Of a DNA stretch of 64,000 nt, positions 8,719 through 17,387 are shown in pieces. Origin of the DNA: Deltaproteobacteria bacterium UBA4427 (GTDB lineage: Bacteria > Myxococcota_A > UBA9160 > UBA4427); contig DGPZ01000106.1 of the NCBI GenBank assembly GCA_002390675.1, positions 48,737 through 112,736 of the forward strand, read 5' to 3'. The notes below the pieces were generated by a model. That model was given only the letters and a program-made list of their open reading frames with translations, did no database searches and was not told the origin of the DNA. The position numbers were made by a program, and so were the translations under genes. Every line of letters begins with the position of its first letter. The first letter of the stretch is position 1.

Positions 8719-9834
8719 GTGAGCAATTTTGGCGTTAGAGGCTCGAACATGAATGAAGATTCGCAGACGCCACAGCCTGTGGAGCTTCGATGTAAGCAGG
8801 TGAAGAATCACTTGCCCGATTACCTCGAAGGTGATCTTTCGCTGGATGACCGAGCTTCGGTCGACGAGCATATTGGCCAGTGCGCCGACTGTGCCATCGA
8901 AGTCCACGAGATGGAAGAGACGGTTCTCTTACTTCGAGGCCTCCCCGAGCCCGAAACACCGCCGATGATCGCGGCGAATGTGATGCGTCGAATTCGCTCG
9001 GGTGAGACTGAGCGGGGTTTCTGGGCGCGCGTTGGACGGGGCTTTGCCTCGGTCTTCGAACCGAGTTTTGTGCTGCCCGCTTCGGCGATGGCGGTGGCGG
9101 CCTTGGCAGTGGTAACGATTCAATCTCCGAGCCAACTCGGAGTTCCCGCTTTTCAGAACGCCGAGACGAGCGGCGCAGGGATCGCTGGGGCTGTCGTTGC
9201 GCCTTTGCGGAGTGACTCCGCTGGTGGAAGGCTGCCGTTGTCAGCAGATGCCGAGACGGGTGGTGCTCGGAACTTCGTGCAGACACCTCTGACGCAAATA
9301 TCCGCGGAGACACGTCGTGACGTTGTTGTCGCTTCTCCATTTACTCGGGGCTTCGTCGTTCAGGGCGAAGGAGACGCGCCGAGCAATTTCCGAACTCCCG
9401 TGATGGCAGGCGGCGCTCCACCGGCATTCTTTGCGGAGCGTCCGGCTCCCCTCATTGAGCGACCTTCTTCGGGAACCCGCGTGCCGCGTTCTGGATTCGC
9501 CGGTGCAGTGCCTGTTGCTGGGCCTGTGCCCGTAGGCGCACTCGAAGCGGTCCGGTCAAAACGTGGGGGTTCAGTTTTATCGGAAGCGGTCAGCTCCGGC
9601 GGCGAAGATGCCCGGGACGGATGGATCGCAATCGGTCTTCAGCGCCCCACCGAGTTTGCACGTTTTCTGAATGCCAAGACCTTGGCCGAACAAGAACTTT
9701 GGGTCGAACGACTCGCGCAGCGAGCCGAGGCTCGCGGGCTGCTCGTTGAATTGGTTGGTGCACTCGATTCGAGTGGTGATGCCGCGGCTGGCGTTCTTGC
9801 CGGAGATTTTCGCGCAGCTCGAAAATCTCGCTGA
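8719..9834 (+). CDS. anti-sigma factor, zf-HC2 type, single-pass membrane protein
   Basis: It lies immediately downstream of the ECF sigma gene. N-terminus CKQVKNHLPDYLEGDLSLDDRASVDEHIGQCADCAIEVHEME carries the H-x3-C-x2-C motif. One TM segment (SAMAVAALAVVTI). Alternative ATG at 8749 with AGAGG upstream. Confidence 0.7.
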   Translation: MSNFGVRGSNMNEDSQTPQPVELRCKQVKNHLPDYLEGDLSLDDRASVDEHIGQCADCAIEVHEMEETVLLLRGLPEPETPPMIAANVMRRIRSGETERGFWARVGRGFASVFEPSFVLPASAMAVAALAVVTIQSPSQLGVPAFQNAETSGAGIAGAVVAPLRSDSAGGRLPLSADAETGGARNFVQTPLTQISAETRRDVVVASPFTRGFVVQGEGDAPSNFRTPVMAGGAPPAFFAERPAPLIERPSSGTRVPRSGFAGAVPVAGPVPVGALEAVRSKRGGSVLSEAVSSGGEDARDGWIAIGLQRPTEFARFLNAKTLAEQELWVERLAQRAEARGLLVELVGALDSSGDAAAGVLAGDFRAARKSR

Positions 9835-10117
9835 TTCAGCCTTCCTTTCGTCTATTCTCACCCGCGCCGACCGATCGCGCACCATCCATCCCTCGGATTT
9901 TGAATGTTAGTTCCGGTTTAGCTGCATAACCTACGTCTTTCTTCGGGACGCGTGAGGAACAGCACTGGCCACTAGGCTGCGGCATCGTTGCCTTGTGGCG
10001 CCGCATTCACGGCTCCAACGTGCCCATGAGGACGCAGTCGGTCTAGGCTCGAGCCTACGCCTAAGATGAGCCCCCTCCGCATCCGATAGGTCATTTTGAT
10101 CAAACGGATTAGGGTGA

Positions 10118-10888
10118 ATGCGAGGGCAGTTGGCTGGCTCAGGTGGCGTGAGGACAGAGTTAGGGATCAGGGTTGTCGCGGGAGCCTCTCGCGTTTTTGA
10201 CGGCCCGAGGGAGCGGCTTGCTCGGCACGGGCCCTCGGTTCTCTCCGAGGCCGAATTGATCGCTCTTCTGCTTCGGACCGGGGTTCCTGGTAGCGATGCT
10301 ATGAGCGTCGCCCGGCTAGTGCTCTATCGTGTCGGAGGACTAACGTCTCTTGCACGGACTCCGGTGTGCGTGCTTGAAACGATACCAGGGGTCGGGCCCG
10401 CGAAGGCAGCGAGCCTGGTCGCAGCCTTCGAGGTCGCACGACGACTCGAGAGTGAGCCCCTAGAACTCTCCCGGCCGATCCGAAGTCCTTGTGACGTCGA
10501 ACGCCACTTCGCGCCGCGCGTTCGGAGTGCGAAGAGGGAATCGTTTTTCGTTCTCTTGCTGGACGGACGTCATCGATTTATCGCAGAAGAAGAAGTGTCT
10601 AGAGGAACACTCACGTCGAGCCTTGTGCATCCACGGGAGGTTTTTAGAGAAGCGATCCGAAGCGCGGCGTCCGCCCTCGTTTTGGTTCACAACCATCCGA
10701 GCGGCGATCCTACGCCGAGCGCGGAGGACAGATCCGTGACGACTCGACTCGCCGAGGCTGGGCGGCTTCTCGGAATTGAGGTGATTGATCACGTCGTTGT
10801 CTCCTGCCGAGGCCACTACTCGTTTAGAGAGTCTGGGGAAGCGCCTTGGGACCGTATTGTGGAGCCAGTCGACGCGCGGACTGAGTAG
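10118..10888 (+). CDS. radC: RadC-family JAB/MPN domain protein
   Basis: SEAELIALLLRTGVPGSDAMSVARLVL (HhH region) and LVHNHPSGDPTPSAEDRSVTTRL (JAMM-like HxHPSG...S..D motif). Confidence 0.85.
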   Translation: MRGQLAGSGGVRTELGIRVVAGASRVFDGPRERLARHGPSVLSEAELIALLLRTGVPGSDAMSVARLVLYRVGGLTSLARTPVCVLETIPGVGPAKAASLVAAFEVARRLESEPLELSRPIRSPCDVERHFAPRVRSAKRESFFVLLLDGRHRFIAEEEVSRGTLTSSLVHPREVFREAIRSAASALVLVHNHPSGDPTPSAEDRSVTTRLAEAGRLLGIEVIDHVVVSCRGHYSFRESGEAPWDRIVEPVDARTE

Positions 10889-10956
10889 GAACTAGGTGTT
10901 TCAATCGAGCGAGTTCCGTCCGGATGCGCCGGTGAGTCAGCGTTGACTTGCTCTTA

Positions 10957-10977
10957 AAGCCGCCATGCAGGCGGCTT
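10957..10977 (+). terminator. GC-rich hairpin downstream of radC (possible terminator, no U-tract)
   Basis: AAGCCGCC-atgca-GGCGGCTT: perfect 8-bp stem with a 5-nt loop, 69 nt after the radC stop. It is not followed by a T run. Confidence 0.3.
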
Positions 10978-11162
10978 GGAGCGTCCCTGAGGGGAACTTG
11001 ATGTACCAGCTAAAGGTTTTGAGGGCATTCGGACGATGAAGCAAGTTTAGAGGAACTCACGTATCGAATTGTGCGTTGAGAGGTCGTGGTGCGTACGAGA
11101 GGGTTGGCCCTCCGCTAGGTGATTTCCGAGCGAAGTTGGGTACGCGATCTGGAGTCGAATCG

Positions 11163-11564
11163 ATGGCAAAAATCAGTCTGGACGCGAAGAGCGGAAGTGA
11201 GGACAACTCTCTGGAGGGCGCAGACCGACGTCGAACGGGGCGATCCTCCATCATCGTCCGAATCGATTACTCGACCGTCGACGAAATGTTCTCGGAGTTC
11301 ACCCGTGACATCAACGAAGGTGGCCTCTTTATCGAAACCGCGAAGCTCGTCCCGGCCGGAACCGAAGTATCCATGCAGTTCTATCTCCCTGGTAGCGACG
11401 AAGTCCTACAAACTATTGGTCGCGTCGTTCGAGTCTCGAGTGGGCCCTCCGTAAGTGCCGGAGCATCCTCGGGTATGGGTGTCGAATTCGATGAACTGAC
11501 CTCAGAAGATCGCTTGAAAATTGATCGCATCGTGCGCGGGCTTCGCTCCGCTGCCGACGAATAG
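11163..11564 (+). CDS. PilZ domain protein (putative c-di-GMP receptor)
   Basis: RRRTGR (RxxxR) followed by DINEGGLFI (D/NxSxxG-like) and GMGVEFDELTSEDRLKIDRIV. I prefer ATG 11163 (MAKISLD) to the track start 11076. Confidence 0.75.
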   Translation: MAKISLDAKSGSEDNSLEGADRRRTGRSSIIVRIDYSTVDEMFSEFTRDINEGGLFIETAKLVPAGTEVSMQFYLPGSDEVLQTIGRVVRVSSGPSVSAGASSGMGVEFDELTSEDRLKIDRIVRGLRSAADE

Positions 11565-11781
11565 CCCAAGCCGACTAACACATACTTGTGCCGCTAGTCG
11601 ACGCTAGATTCCGCAGTTGATCCGCGTACGGGATTCGCTTACGCGCCTCGCAGCGCAAATGCGGAAACCGAACGTAACTTAGCCCTAGGGCCGGTAAGTT
11701 GAGGGAATAGGCACGGCCGATCCCATCGGTCAGCTCGAGATGGGTGATTGCTCGGAGGGCCTGTCAGAGTAACGAAATGCC

Positions 11782-12258
11782 CTAAAACGGGATGTCGTCA
11801 TCCAGAGGCGGGGAAGAATCCATTCCTCCTCCACCACCACCGATTGGTGCGCCTCCGCCACCGCTCGGTGCACCACCGCCGCCGTAGTTGCCGCCACCTG
11901 CGCCACCACCACCACCACCGCCATCTTGGCGCGGCCCGATGAAGTTGACAGTGCTGGCGTTAATCTCGGTCGTGTACCGCTTGGCGCCTTCTTTATCTTC
12001 CCACTCGCGGGTCTGAATGCGGCCTTCGATATAAACGGTGCGGCCCTTCGAGAGGTACTGGTTACACATCTCGGCGGTCTTGCCCCAGACGACGATGCGG
12101 TGCCATTCGGTTCGCTCTTGGCGCTCGCCGCTCTTGTCGTTCCAGGTCTCGCTGGTCGCCAAGGTGAAGTTTACGACGGACTGGCCGTTCGGAGTCGTAC
12201 GGAGCTCCGGGTCGCGACCGAGGTTACCGACGAGAATTGCTTTATTGACACCTGCCAT
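11782..12258 (-). CDS. ssb: single-stranded DNA-binding protein
   Basis: [39 protein letters not shown]...[10 protein letters not shown] is the OB fold, followed by a Gly-rich linker and the acidic tip DDDIPF. ATG 12258 has GGAG 10 nt upstream. Confidence 0.95.
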   Translation of the reverse strand: MAGVNKAILVGNLGRDPELRTTPNGQSVVNFTLATSETWNDKSGERQERTEWHRIVVWGKTAEMCNQYLSKGRTVYIEGRIQTREWEDKEGAKRYTTEINASTVNFIGPRQDGGGGGGGAGGGNYGGGGAPSGGGGAPIGGGGGGMDSSPPLDDDIPF

Positions 12259-12669
12259 TGTGGGGGCTCCAGCGGGACGTTTTTGAGTGAAATAGGGGGC
12301 GAATCCTTGGACTCGTAGATAGCGGAGTGTTCCGCCGTGGTCGAAATGCGTCAAGGGAAGTCTGGCTGTTCACTTGGACTCGCCCTTTCCGCGAACTGAG
12401 GGCCACGGTATCCTGAGGCGGTTCTCCTCTCCGGGGGGTGAGGGAATTCGAGTGCGCGTGGTCGCGCCCGCTCGGCATCACCGATTCGTCGGGGCCGAGG
12501 AGCGAAGCCACCTTCGTCGAAGACCTACCGCCAGGATGGGCCCGAATCTTGCTTTGTTCCAGGACGACGTCGCCGTCTCCGGAATACAGATCCGGAAGAG
12601 TTCGTTTTCTGGAAGTCCCGAATTCGTGCTCATGTAGGCATTTAGCGGCGTTCGTTCGGGGGGGCGAGC

Positions 12670-15177
12670 ATGGCAAGGGCGGCAGCAAAGTCGCGGGCAA
12701 AGAAAGGCGGACGCACAGCGTCGGCCGGACGAGATCAGGACGAGGCCGACGGCCCGATTCTGATTGCCGCGGGTTCTGAGATTGCAGGACTTATCCTGAT
12801 AGGGCTTTCCTTGCTCGCAACGCTCGCGCTAGCGACGTATGCGCCTGAGGACCCGATCGCGAAGCTCGTCGAAGTCCGAAACAGCGCAGGCCCCGTTGGT
12901 GCGACCCTTGCGGGTTGGCTTCTGGGCGCTTTCGGCTCGGGGGCGATCGTCCTCGTAGCTTCCTGCGCTTTTCTTGGCGGTCGCCTCGTGATGAGCCTCG
13001 GTTTCCCGGGACTCTTCTCTCGCTTCTGGATTGGCGCTGCATTGCTTATCCCAACGGTCGCGCTGCTTCCGCCGCTGCTTTTTGATCTCGCGCCGGCAGC
13101 GATACCTTGGATCGAGCCAGGCTGGCTAGGAGGAAAGGGCGCTTCGACTCTGACGCTGCTTTTCGGGAATGCTGGTGCCCTGGTACTGACGAGCCTTTTT
13201 CTGGTCGTCAGCGTGTTGTCGCTGACCGGAATTTCGACGGGTACAACCCTGACCGCGATTGGCCAGGGCGCCACCTGGACCTTGGGTTATTTGATGGCCT
13301 TCGGTGAGTGGGTTTATGCTGGGCTAGGAACGGCGCTCGATGCACTCGTCCGTGGTATTCAATCGACAGTCGCAGCACTTAGGCGCTCGATCACACAGGC
13401 TCGTGAGGCGATTACCTCGATTTCGGTTCGCCGAGAACAGCGTGCGCGTCGCGAGCGTGTGCAAGAACGCCGCGAGCCGGAGGTGAGCTTCGAGGAAGAG
13501 CTGCGCGACCAGGAAGAAGCGGCAGTGCCGGTCAAGGTGCTGGCCCCGCCGGAAGAGGTTCCAGAGCCGCCCGTGCGTCGTCTCCGTGCCGGGGAAGAAC
13601 CGGACATCGTCGACCACGGCGAAGAGCGCAAGCGCTTGAAGAAGCCCGAACAAGAAGCTTTCCGCTTTCACGAGGGCGGCCCAGCCGGCCCCTTTAAGCT
13701 GCCCGATTCATCGATCTTTATGTCGCCGCCCGAAGGCGGTCGCAAGTACGATCGAGATTCGCTGCTCATGAATTCGAAGATCCTCGAGAAGAAGCTCGCG
13801 GATTTCGGGGTGACCGGTCGTGTGGTGCGTGTGCATCCCGGACCCGTGATCACTATGTACGAATACGAGCCGGCTGCGGGTATCAAGGTCAACAAGATCG
13901 TGGGCCTGACCGACGATCTGACAATGGCGCTGCGTGCAATGTCGATTCGTATTATCGCACCGCTGCCGGGGAAGTCCGTCGTCGGGATCGAAGTTCCTAA
14001 TCCCGAGCGAGAGATCGTCTACCTGCGCGAAATGTTCGAGTCCGAGAGCTTTCGTAAGAGCACGGGCGTGCTGTCTGTCGCGATGGGCAAGGACATCTTT
14101 GGTAATTCCGTAACTTCAGATCTGGCTAAGATGCCGCATTTGCTAGTCGCCGGTTCTACCGGTACGGGTAAGTCCGTCTTCTTGAACTCGTTCCTTTGCT
14201 CGCTGTTATGTCGTGCGACGCCGGATGAGCTCAAGCTCTTGCTGGTTGACCCGAAGATGCTGGAGCTGTCGATTTATGACGGGATTCCACATCTGATCGC
14301 CGATGTGGTGACGAGCCCTAAGCGCGCTGCAGCGGCGCTGCAAGGCGTCGTACGTAAGATGGAAGAGCGGTATCAGATGATGTCCGCGACGGGCGTTCGC
14401 AATATCGATCAGTTCAATGAGAAGGCTCGTAAGAAGCTCTACGAGGGGGAAGAGTCCTTCCGCCTCAAACAGAAGCCTGGCCAGACGGAAGGCGAAGAGA
14501 TCGAGTGGCAGGTGCTGCCTTACATCGTCGTCGTGATCGACGAGCTCGCCGACCTCATGATGTCCTCGGCGAAGGAGGTAGAAGAGTCGCTTCAGCGCTT
14601 GGCGCAGATGGCGCGTGCCTCGGGCATCCATCTCGTGCTCGCTACCCAGCGGCCGAGTGTCGACGTCTTGACGGGGGTCATCAAGGCGAACTTCCCCGCA
14701 CGCGTGTCCTTCCAAGTGTCGAGCGGCATCGACTCGCGAACGATTCTGGACCAAAAGGGTGCGGACGATCTGCTCGGGATGGGCGACATGCTCTTCCTCC
14801 CGCCGGGAACCGCGCTGTTGCAGAGAATTCACGGTCCTTTCGTGAACGAAGACGAAGTCCACGACCTCGTAGCATTCCTAAAGGAACAGGGACGACCCGT
14901 TTTCGACGAAGATCTGGTGCGAGCGGCCGTGGAGGCAGAGAAGAGCGAGAATCGCGGCGAAGACGAAGACGAGATGTTCGACCAAGCGGTCGAAATCGTC
15001 GCGACGACCCGCAATGCTTCAATCTCCTATGTCCAGCGCCGTCTCAAAATCGGTTACAACCGAGCGGCTCGGATCATTGAGCAGATGGAGCTAGACGGAA
15101 TGATTGGGCCCCAGGTTGGTTCCAAGGGGCGTGAAGTCCTGATGCCTGTACCTACGGTCGAGGACGAGCTCCTCTAG
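12670..15177 (+). CDS. ftsK: DNA translocase FtsK
   Basis: 835 aa. N-terminal TM helices and a charged linker, then a motor with Walker A VAGSTGTGKS and Walker B VVVIDELADLM. The C-terminal gamma domain reads ISYVQRRLKIGYNRAARIIEQME. Confidence 0.95.
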   Translation: MARAAAKSRAKKGGRTASAGRDQDEADGPILIAAGSEIAGLILIGLSLLATLALATYAPEDPIAKLVEVRNSAGPVGATLAGWLLGAFGSGAIVLVASCAFLGGRLVMSLGFPGLFSRFWIGAALLIPTVALLPPLLFDLAPAAIPWIEPGWLGGKGASTLTLLFGNAGALVLTSLFLVVSVLSLTGISTGTTLTAIGQGATWTLGYLMAFGEWVYAGLGTALDALVRGIQSTVAALRRSITQAREAITSISVRREQRARRERVQERREPEVSFEEELRDQEEAAVPVKVLAPPEEVPEPPVRRLRAGEEPDIVDHGEERKRLKKPEQEAFRFHEGGPAGPFKLPDSSIFMSPPEGGRKYDRDSLLMNSKILEKKLADFGVTGRVVRVHPGPVITMYEYEPAAGIKVNKIVGLTDDLTMALRAMSIRIIAPLPGKSVVGIEVPNPEREIVYLREMFESESFRKSTGVLSVAMGKDIFGNSVTSDLAKMPHLLVAGSTGTGKSVFLNSFLCSLLCRATPDELKLLLVDPKMLELSIYDGIPHLIADVVTSPKRAAAALQGVVRKMEERYQMMSATGVRNIDQFNEKARKKLYEGEESFRLKQKPGQTEGEEIEWQVLPYIVVVIDELADLMMSSAKEVEESLQRLAQMARASGIHLVLATQRPSVDVLTGVIKANFPARVSFQVSSGIDSRTILDQKGADDLLGMGDMLFLPPGTALLQRIHGPFVNEDEVHDLVAFLKEQGRPVFDEDLVRAAVEAEKSENRGEDEDEMFDQAVEIVATTRNASISYVQRRLKIGYNRAARIIEQMELDGMIGPQVGSKGREVLMPVPTVEDELL

Positions 15178-15212
15178 GGGCTCTGCTGACGAAAATTCCT
15201 GCGAGGTGTCGA

Positions 15213-15947
15213 GTGGCTAGGCGGACGGGTATACGCGCAATCACGGTCGCGATTCTAATGAGCTGCATCTCGTCTGCGGCGATCGCGGGGGAGGTGGCTC
15301 CGGCCGCGCCTGTGGTGAAGGATTCAGCTTGTCAGAAAGGACAGGCCGAAACGACGGCGCGCACCGTACAGGCTCGCTATGACGGAATTCGAGATCTCGC
15401 AGCGGTCTTTGAGCAGGAGAGCCAGTCTACGACTTTCGGCGGTTCCGCATTGATGGACGACACGGTGAAGCGTGGCAACGTGGTTTTCTCGAAGCCCGGG
15501 AAGATGCGTTGGACGTACGGTGATCCCGAGCCGAGTGTGGTTGTGAGTGATGGCTCAACGCTTTGGATTTATGATGTTGCCGGGGCCACGGCGACAAGGC
15601 TTGACGTGACGGCTGGCTATCTAACGGGCGCGGCACTGCAGTTCTTGCTCGGGGATGGGAATATCCTGGAGGAGTACGATGTCTCCGCTTTGGAATGCTC
15701 AGCTGCACAGGTTGTTCTGGATCTTCTGCCGCTTGAAGACGCGACCTATGAACGGCTTGGCCTTGTGGCTGATCCGAAGACAGGCGACATCCTCGCGACC
15801 TCCCTCGTCGATCTCTTTGGCAATGTCACGGTCATCCGCTTTGAGGATGTAGCCGTCAACCAATCGCCGGATGCGAAGATCTTCGTGTTTGAGGCGCCCG
15901 AGGGCGTCGAGGTCATCAACTACGCCGCGATACCGGGAGCGAACTGA
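15213..15947 (+). CDS. lolA: outer-membrane lipoprotein carrier protein LolA
   Basis: Signal peptide (AITVAILMSCISSAAIAGE), then VQARYDGIRDLAAVFEQES...VVFSKPGKMRWTYGDPEPSVVVSDGSTLWIYD, a LolA-like pattern. Confidence 0.8.
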   Translation: MARRTGIRAITVAILMSCISSAAIAGEVAPAAPVVKDSACQKGQAETTARTVQARYDGIRDLAAVFEQESQSTTFGGSALMDDTVKRGNVVFSKPGKMRWTYGDPEPSVVVSDGSTLWIYDVAGATATRLDVTAGYLTGAALQFLLGDGNILEEYDVSALECSAAQVVLDLLPLEDATYERLGLVADPKTGDILATSLVDLFGNVTVIRFEDVAVNQSPDAKIFVFEAPEGVEVINYAAIPGAN

Positions 15948-17230
15948 GTGCACTGCGCTGGCGTGCCCAAAGGGGCGCGGCCTGCCTGAGCGCCTCCCGT
16001 TCGGCGCCGAGCGGCATAGTGAGTATTTGCGTTCCGTCTGAGCCGTCCACCGCAATCCAGTGCGAAGCGGGGGAGGCGCAGTCTACACGTGTTCGGAATG
16101 CGTTTTCGCGCGCTGGGATACCGGCACAATTTCGACGATATCGTCTGATTCTCGGCGGGTGGGTCGCGTGGCTGCCATATGAAGCGGCACCCAAGTGGCG
16201 AAACCTTCTCATTCGGGCAGGTGACTCACTCGTTACCGGCCCACCTCCCGCCGAGCTCTGTCCAGCGCCGGCCCGACGCTGGCGATCGTACAAACTGCAC
16301 CGATCGGAGCCGCGATGTTCGGATATGAACGGTTAAACCATTCTAAAACAGGAGTTTATGGAATTTTCTGCCGAACTAATCCGGTTGACACCTATCCATC
16401 GGTCGTTAGACTCGAAACAGCAAAAAGAGCAGCTATTTCGATGGGTTTCAGCTTTATCCGCCTTCTCGACACCTAACACCGAACCAATTATTAGGTAGAA
16501 GCTACGCGGTTCGATCACAGTTTGTTGAGAGGCGGAGCCGGGGTCGAGTTCTTTGGACGCTGGGTTAACGCAAGGCGGCCGGCTGGGATCTATCTGGGCC
16601 GGTTAGAGCGATAAGAGGTCGTTGAGACACCTTAAAATGCGTCTGAAGGCCAGAAATGCAATCGAAGTCGATCCGTCGTTTAATAGACGCGAGGCGGAGA
16701 GAGAAGGAAGAGCGTACTTGGAGAGGGGCGCCGAGAGCGGTACCGCCCTGGAGGAAGGGAACCCGGAAGGAATGTTTCGCCTTTCCGGCACGATGACGCG
16801 ACAGCGAATTCCCACTCACAACGTGGTCGGATCCCGGCCGCGAGCACTTCGTTATCGCGACCAACTCCACTTGCTTCCGTGGCATTATCTGACTTCGAGT
16901 GCCGAACCCAGCTCCGCAGGCGAATTCTCGGGCCACTCGCTTAGCGCACTGAATTCGATGACGGAGATAGCTGTTTTTAAACATCTTTATCGTTCGGCCG
17001 CTATGTTTCCTCCAAGCGCGAAACGTGCTTGTTCGCCAGCTCTCGGTCTGCGAAGCAGGCTGATGATTGCGGCTCAAGAGCGGCGGAACTCTTCATTCGA
17101 GAAGGTCCAATCCCCCGGGTTCCTTCGAGCGGCAACTTACCTGCAAGCGGCTCTGTCAAAGAGTTTGGATTCCGTCGGAATGTCATTGCGCGGGATCTGG
17201 GTAAAAAATGTGTGGTGGACTGGCAAAAAG

Positions 17231-17246
17231 CGGCACAGCCTTTGCA
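17231..17246 (+). promoter_or_regulatory. candidate sigma-54 (RpoN) -24/-12 promoter upstream of mpa
   Basis: cGGCACagcctTTGCa matches TGGCACG-N4-TTGCW. GG is at 17232-33 and GC at 17244-45, with exactly 10 nt between them. It is oriented toward mpa (ATG 17388). A perfect palindrome ATTCCGTCGGAAT lies at 17169-17181. Confidence 0.35.
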
Positions 17247-17387
17247 GTACAGGATGGCTGAGGGATGGGACGACCCCGACTCCGCAAGAAGTTGCGGAGC
17301 TGAGGGAGGTCCGGACGGAGTCAAAGCGAAATCGGATCGAATTTCGTGGAGCCCCGGCCAAGCAATGAGCAAGGAGGAGACAGCGCA

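Noticed and set aside
15948-17387. Search for tmRNA, RNase P RNA, SRP RNA or tRNA in the long spacer
   Set aside because: By eye I found no GAGGAAAGTCCGG (RNase P), no SRP GGAAGCAGCC-type motif (only a CCGGAAGGAAT hairpin at about 16763), and no T-arm plus CCA terminus or resume-codon/tag ORF ending in hydrophobic residues for tmRNA. A covariance-model search is still needed.
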